DNA of 64,000 nt, taken from contig NC_043014.1 of the NCBI RefSeq assembly GCF_006345805.1, positions 1,612,001 to 1,676,000 of the forward strand, given 5' to 3'. Below, one piece after another: positions 62,029-64,000 of the stretch. Within the stretch, counting starts at the first letter, position 1; each line of letters starts with the position of its first letter. This stretch comes from Octopus sinensis (lineage: Eukaryota). A program made the position numbers and the translations under genes. A model generated the notes under the pieces. That model was not told the DNA's origin. It was given only the letters and a program-made list of their open reading frames with translations, and made no database searches.

Positions 62029-62108
62029 GTGTTTTCGTGATACAATTTGACACCTTTGATGAAGTTATGTACAACACAGCGGAATTGATGATAGCGTTGA
62101 TGCCATAC
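62029..62108 (-). CDS. USP25: USP25/28 exon (VWHQRYHQFRCVVHNFIKGVKLYHEN)
   Basis: 80 nt, phase 0/2, canonical sites. Matches USP25 [23 protein letters not shown]. Confidence 0.88.
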
Positions 62109-62324
62109 CTGTAAAACAGAACAGAAACCTTGATAAACACAGAGAATACCTTCTTTAAGAATGTCTAACAATGGCGAGAAGAAAGAGAATATCTCCAACT
62201 CTACTTAGTTATCAGTCAATAACCCTCTCTCACCCGTCTCCTCTCTAGTGCAAGTGTCACAATACAATGTACTCAATACACAGTGTTAAGTGTGGAGTTG
62301 CGAGAACACTTTTGCATAGTCAAG

Positions 62325-62735
62325 ACATAACCTCACTATTGTTGGTCACATCGTTCCAGGTTCAGTCCCACTGCATGGCACCTTGGGCAAGTGTCTTCTA
62401 TAGCCTGGTACCAACCAAAGCATTGTGAGGAGATTTGGTAGACAGAAACTGAAAGAAGCCCATCGTATACATGTGTGTGTGTGTGTGTGTGTGCATGAGC
62501 ACACACACACGTGTGATTGTGTTTGTGTTTGTCTCCCACCACTGCTTGACAACCAGTGTTGGTGTGTTTACATCCCCGTAACTTAGCCGTTTGTCACAAC
62601 GAAAGACCGATAGAATAAGTACCAGGCTTTACAAAGAAATAAGTCCTGGAGTCAATTCAGTCAACTAAAAATTCTTCAAGGCAGTGCCCCAGCACGGCCA
62701 CAGCTTAATGACTGATACAAATAAAAGAAAAAAGA
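62325..62735 (+). mobile_element. SINE family C, full length
   Basis: Homology to 52068-52440. Confidence 0.75.
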
Positions 62736-63312
62736 CACCAATACTAATTACAGAAGGTGAGATACAAAAACATTGTGCCTTTGATTGGTAATATTTTAAG
62801 GAATCTTATAACACCAGTCATTCCACGTTCTGTGTGAAGATGGTAAAAACGCAGACAATAACTGAAGGGGGGATAATCAAGGTTTAACAGAAAGCTGATA
62901 GTCTAATCCAGAAGATAATGCTCAAGTAACTGAAGACAGCTGGTCATTAATCTAAATTACATAATCCTTAATCTGAGCAGTAGCAGCTGCTTCTGGACGT
63001 GGCCAAGTCTACGGTGATCACTGGACGTTTGGTAGTCATGTGATATTTCTTAGGAATAAAATATTTAGACTTATTAAGACATTTTATACACGTTTACAAA
63101 AACTAATTTGTCGGGATTAATGTATGGTAACTAATAATAATAATGTCGAGGTTCATACAATTCCGTTATGTAAGTCGGCTCCTATTCTTTGGTAATTTTC
63201 CTAAAAATTTAACATGGGGGGAGGGGGTCCTACTCCATGCAAATATCTCAAAAAAAAAGAAAAAAAAAAGAGGGTATTGGATGGAGTATCATAAGAAAAT
63301 ATGTTTAATAAA

Positions 63313-63538
63313 CCTATTTCTTTACTACCCACAAGGGGCTAAACACAGGGACGACAAACAAGGACAGACAAACGGATTAAATCGATTATATCGACCCCAG
63401 AGCGTAACTGGTACTTAATTTATCGACCCCGAAAGGATGAAAGCAAAGTCGACCTTGGCGGAATTTGAACTCAGAACGTAGTGGCAGACGAATTACTGCT
63501 AAGCATTTCGCCCAGCGTGCTAACGTTTCTGCCAGCTC
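63313..63538 (-). mobile_element. SINE family B monomer
   Basis: Full head, core and tail on the minus strand. Confidence 0.85.
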
Positions 63539-63858
63539 AAACCACTGCGCAAGATGATCTGTTCTTTGGTTTTTTTATTTTTAGGCATGGACGGAGGGCT
63601 GTTTTCTCATTCAGTGAGAAAATAGATAGCGGTCATATACTGGGGATTTATTCAATTCAATAATTTGATAATCCCCTAAAAATAAGTATTTATGTCCCAA
63701 TAGAGTTTCTCTTCTATATATCATCCACATCCTCCATAACCGAACTGACTGGATGTGTGTTCAATATAAGAACTAGCACCCAATGACACAGTCACTCTAG
63801 TTTCTTCTTCCATACTTAATAATCAGTCAATCAATCAACAAATCAATATTCAATTTAC

Positions 63859-63943
63859 CATATATTCTCTGCTCCCATGTTTGCCACTTTGTTGTTGAAT
63901 TTCTTCTTCACATTTGAATGCTTCTTGTCGGATTTTCTTGGCT
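63859..63943 (-). CDS. USP25: USP25/USP28-family deubiquitinase exon ((R)AKKIRQEAFKCEEEIQQQSGKHGSREYM); upstream exons lie outside the window
   Basis: 85 nt, phase 2/0, tttgtcag acceptor, GTAAAT donor. Aligns with USP25 DERCHNIMKVAQ...EEYE (recalled). Confidence 0.75.
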
Positions 63944-64000
63944 CTGACAAATAAACAGAAACAATTAGCAACAACAAATATTGGTGTGTGTGTGTGTGTG

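Noticed and set aside
62962-63049. Possible extra USP25/28 exon (ISHDYQTSSDHRRLGHVQKQLLLLRLR)
   Set aside because: Flanking exons 63859 and 62108 already join in phase and give a continuous USP25 alignment. The candidate's phases do not fit and its donor is weak.
1-64000. CRISPR arrays, rRNA genes or prokaryotic operons
   Set aside because: No regularly spaced repeat-spacer structure or rRNA-like sequence; the DNA is clearly intron-containing animal genome.

Overview
Repeat-saturated eukaryotic genomic DNA with one 100-N gap (31409-31508). The repeat families, microsatellite load and intron style point to an octopus genome (inference). Two intron-rich genes lie on the minus strand, both reconstructed by hand with consistent splice phases. 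(1) NEDD1/GCP-WD, the WD40 adaptor of the gamma-tubulin ring complex: seven coding exons from ATG 17081 down to 83, continuing off the left edge. Its 8.6-kb first intron has minor-spliceosome (U12-type) signals. (2) The last five coding exons of a USP25/USP28-family deubiquitinase (63943 down to the stop at 57284). The ~37 kb between them is mostly transposons and microsatellites: three tRNA-derived SINE families, RTE 3'-UTR copies, a near-full but disrupted CR1-group LINE, two young Tx1-clade LINE copies inside a (TCTA)n array, an R4/Dong-like fragment, Penelope-like remnants with hammerhead-ribozyme-like motifs, Tc1/mariner, hAT and piggyBac-like elements, and a mini-Helitron. The best leads are an apparently (TCTA)n-targeting Tx1 family, the U12 intron with an inverted-SINE hairpin ~50 nt from its donor, a recurrent SINE-into-SINE junction at four loci, a shared U6 variant of the hammerhead core, and a weak candidate orphan gene. 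All homology calls come from reading the sequence and recalling family motifs; no search was run. Repeat boundaries are approximate, and the SINE family letters A-C are my own labels.
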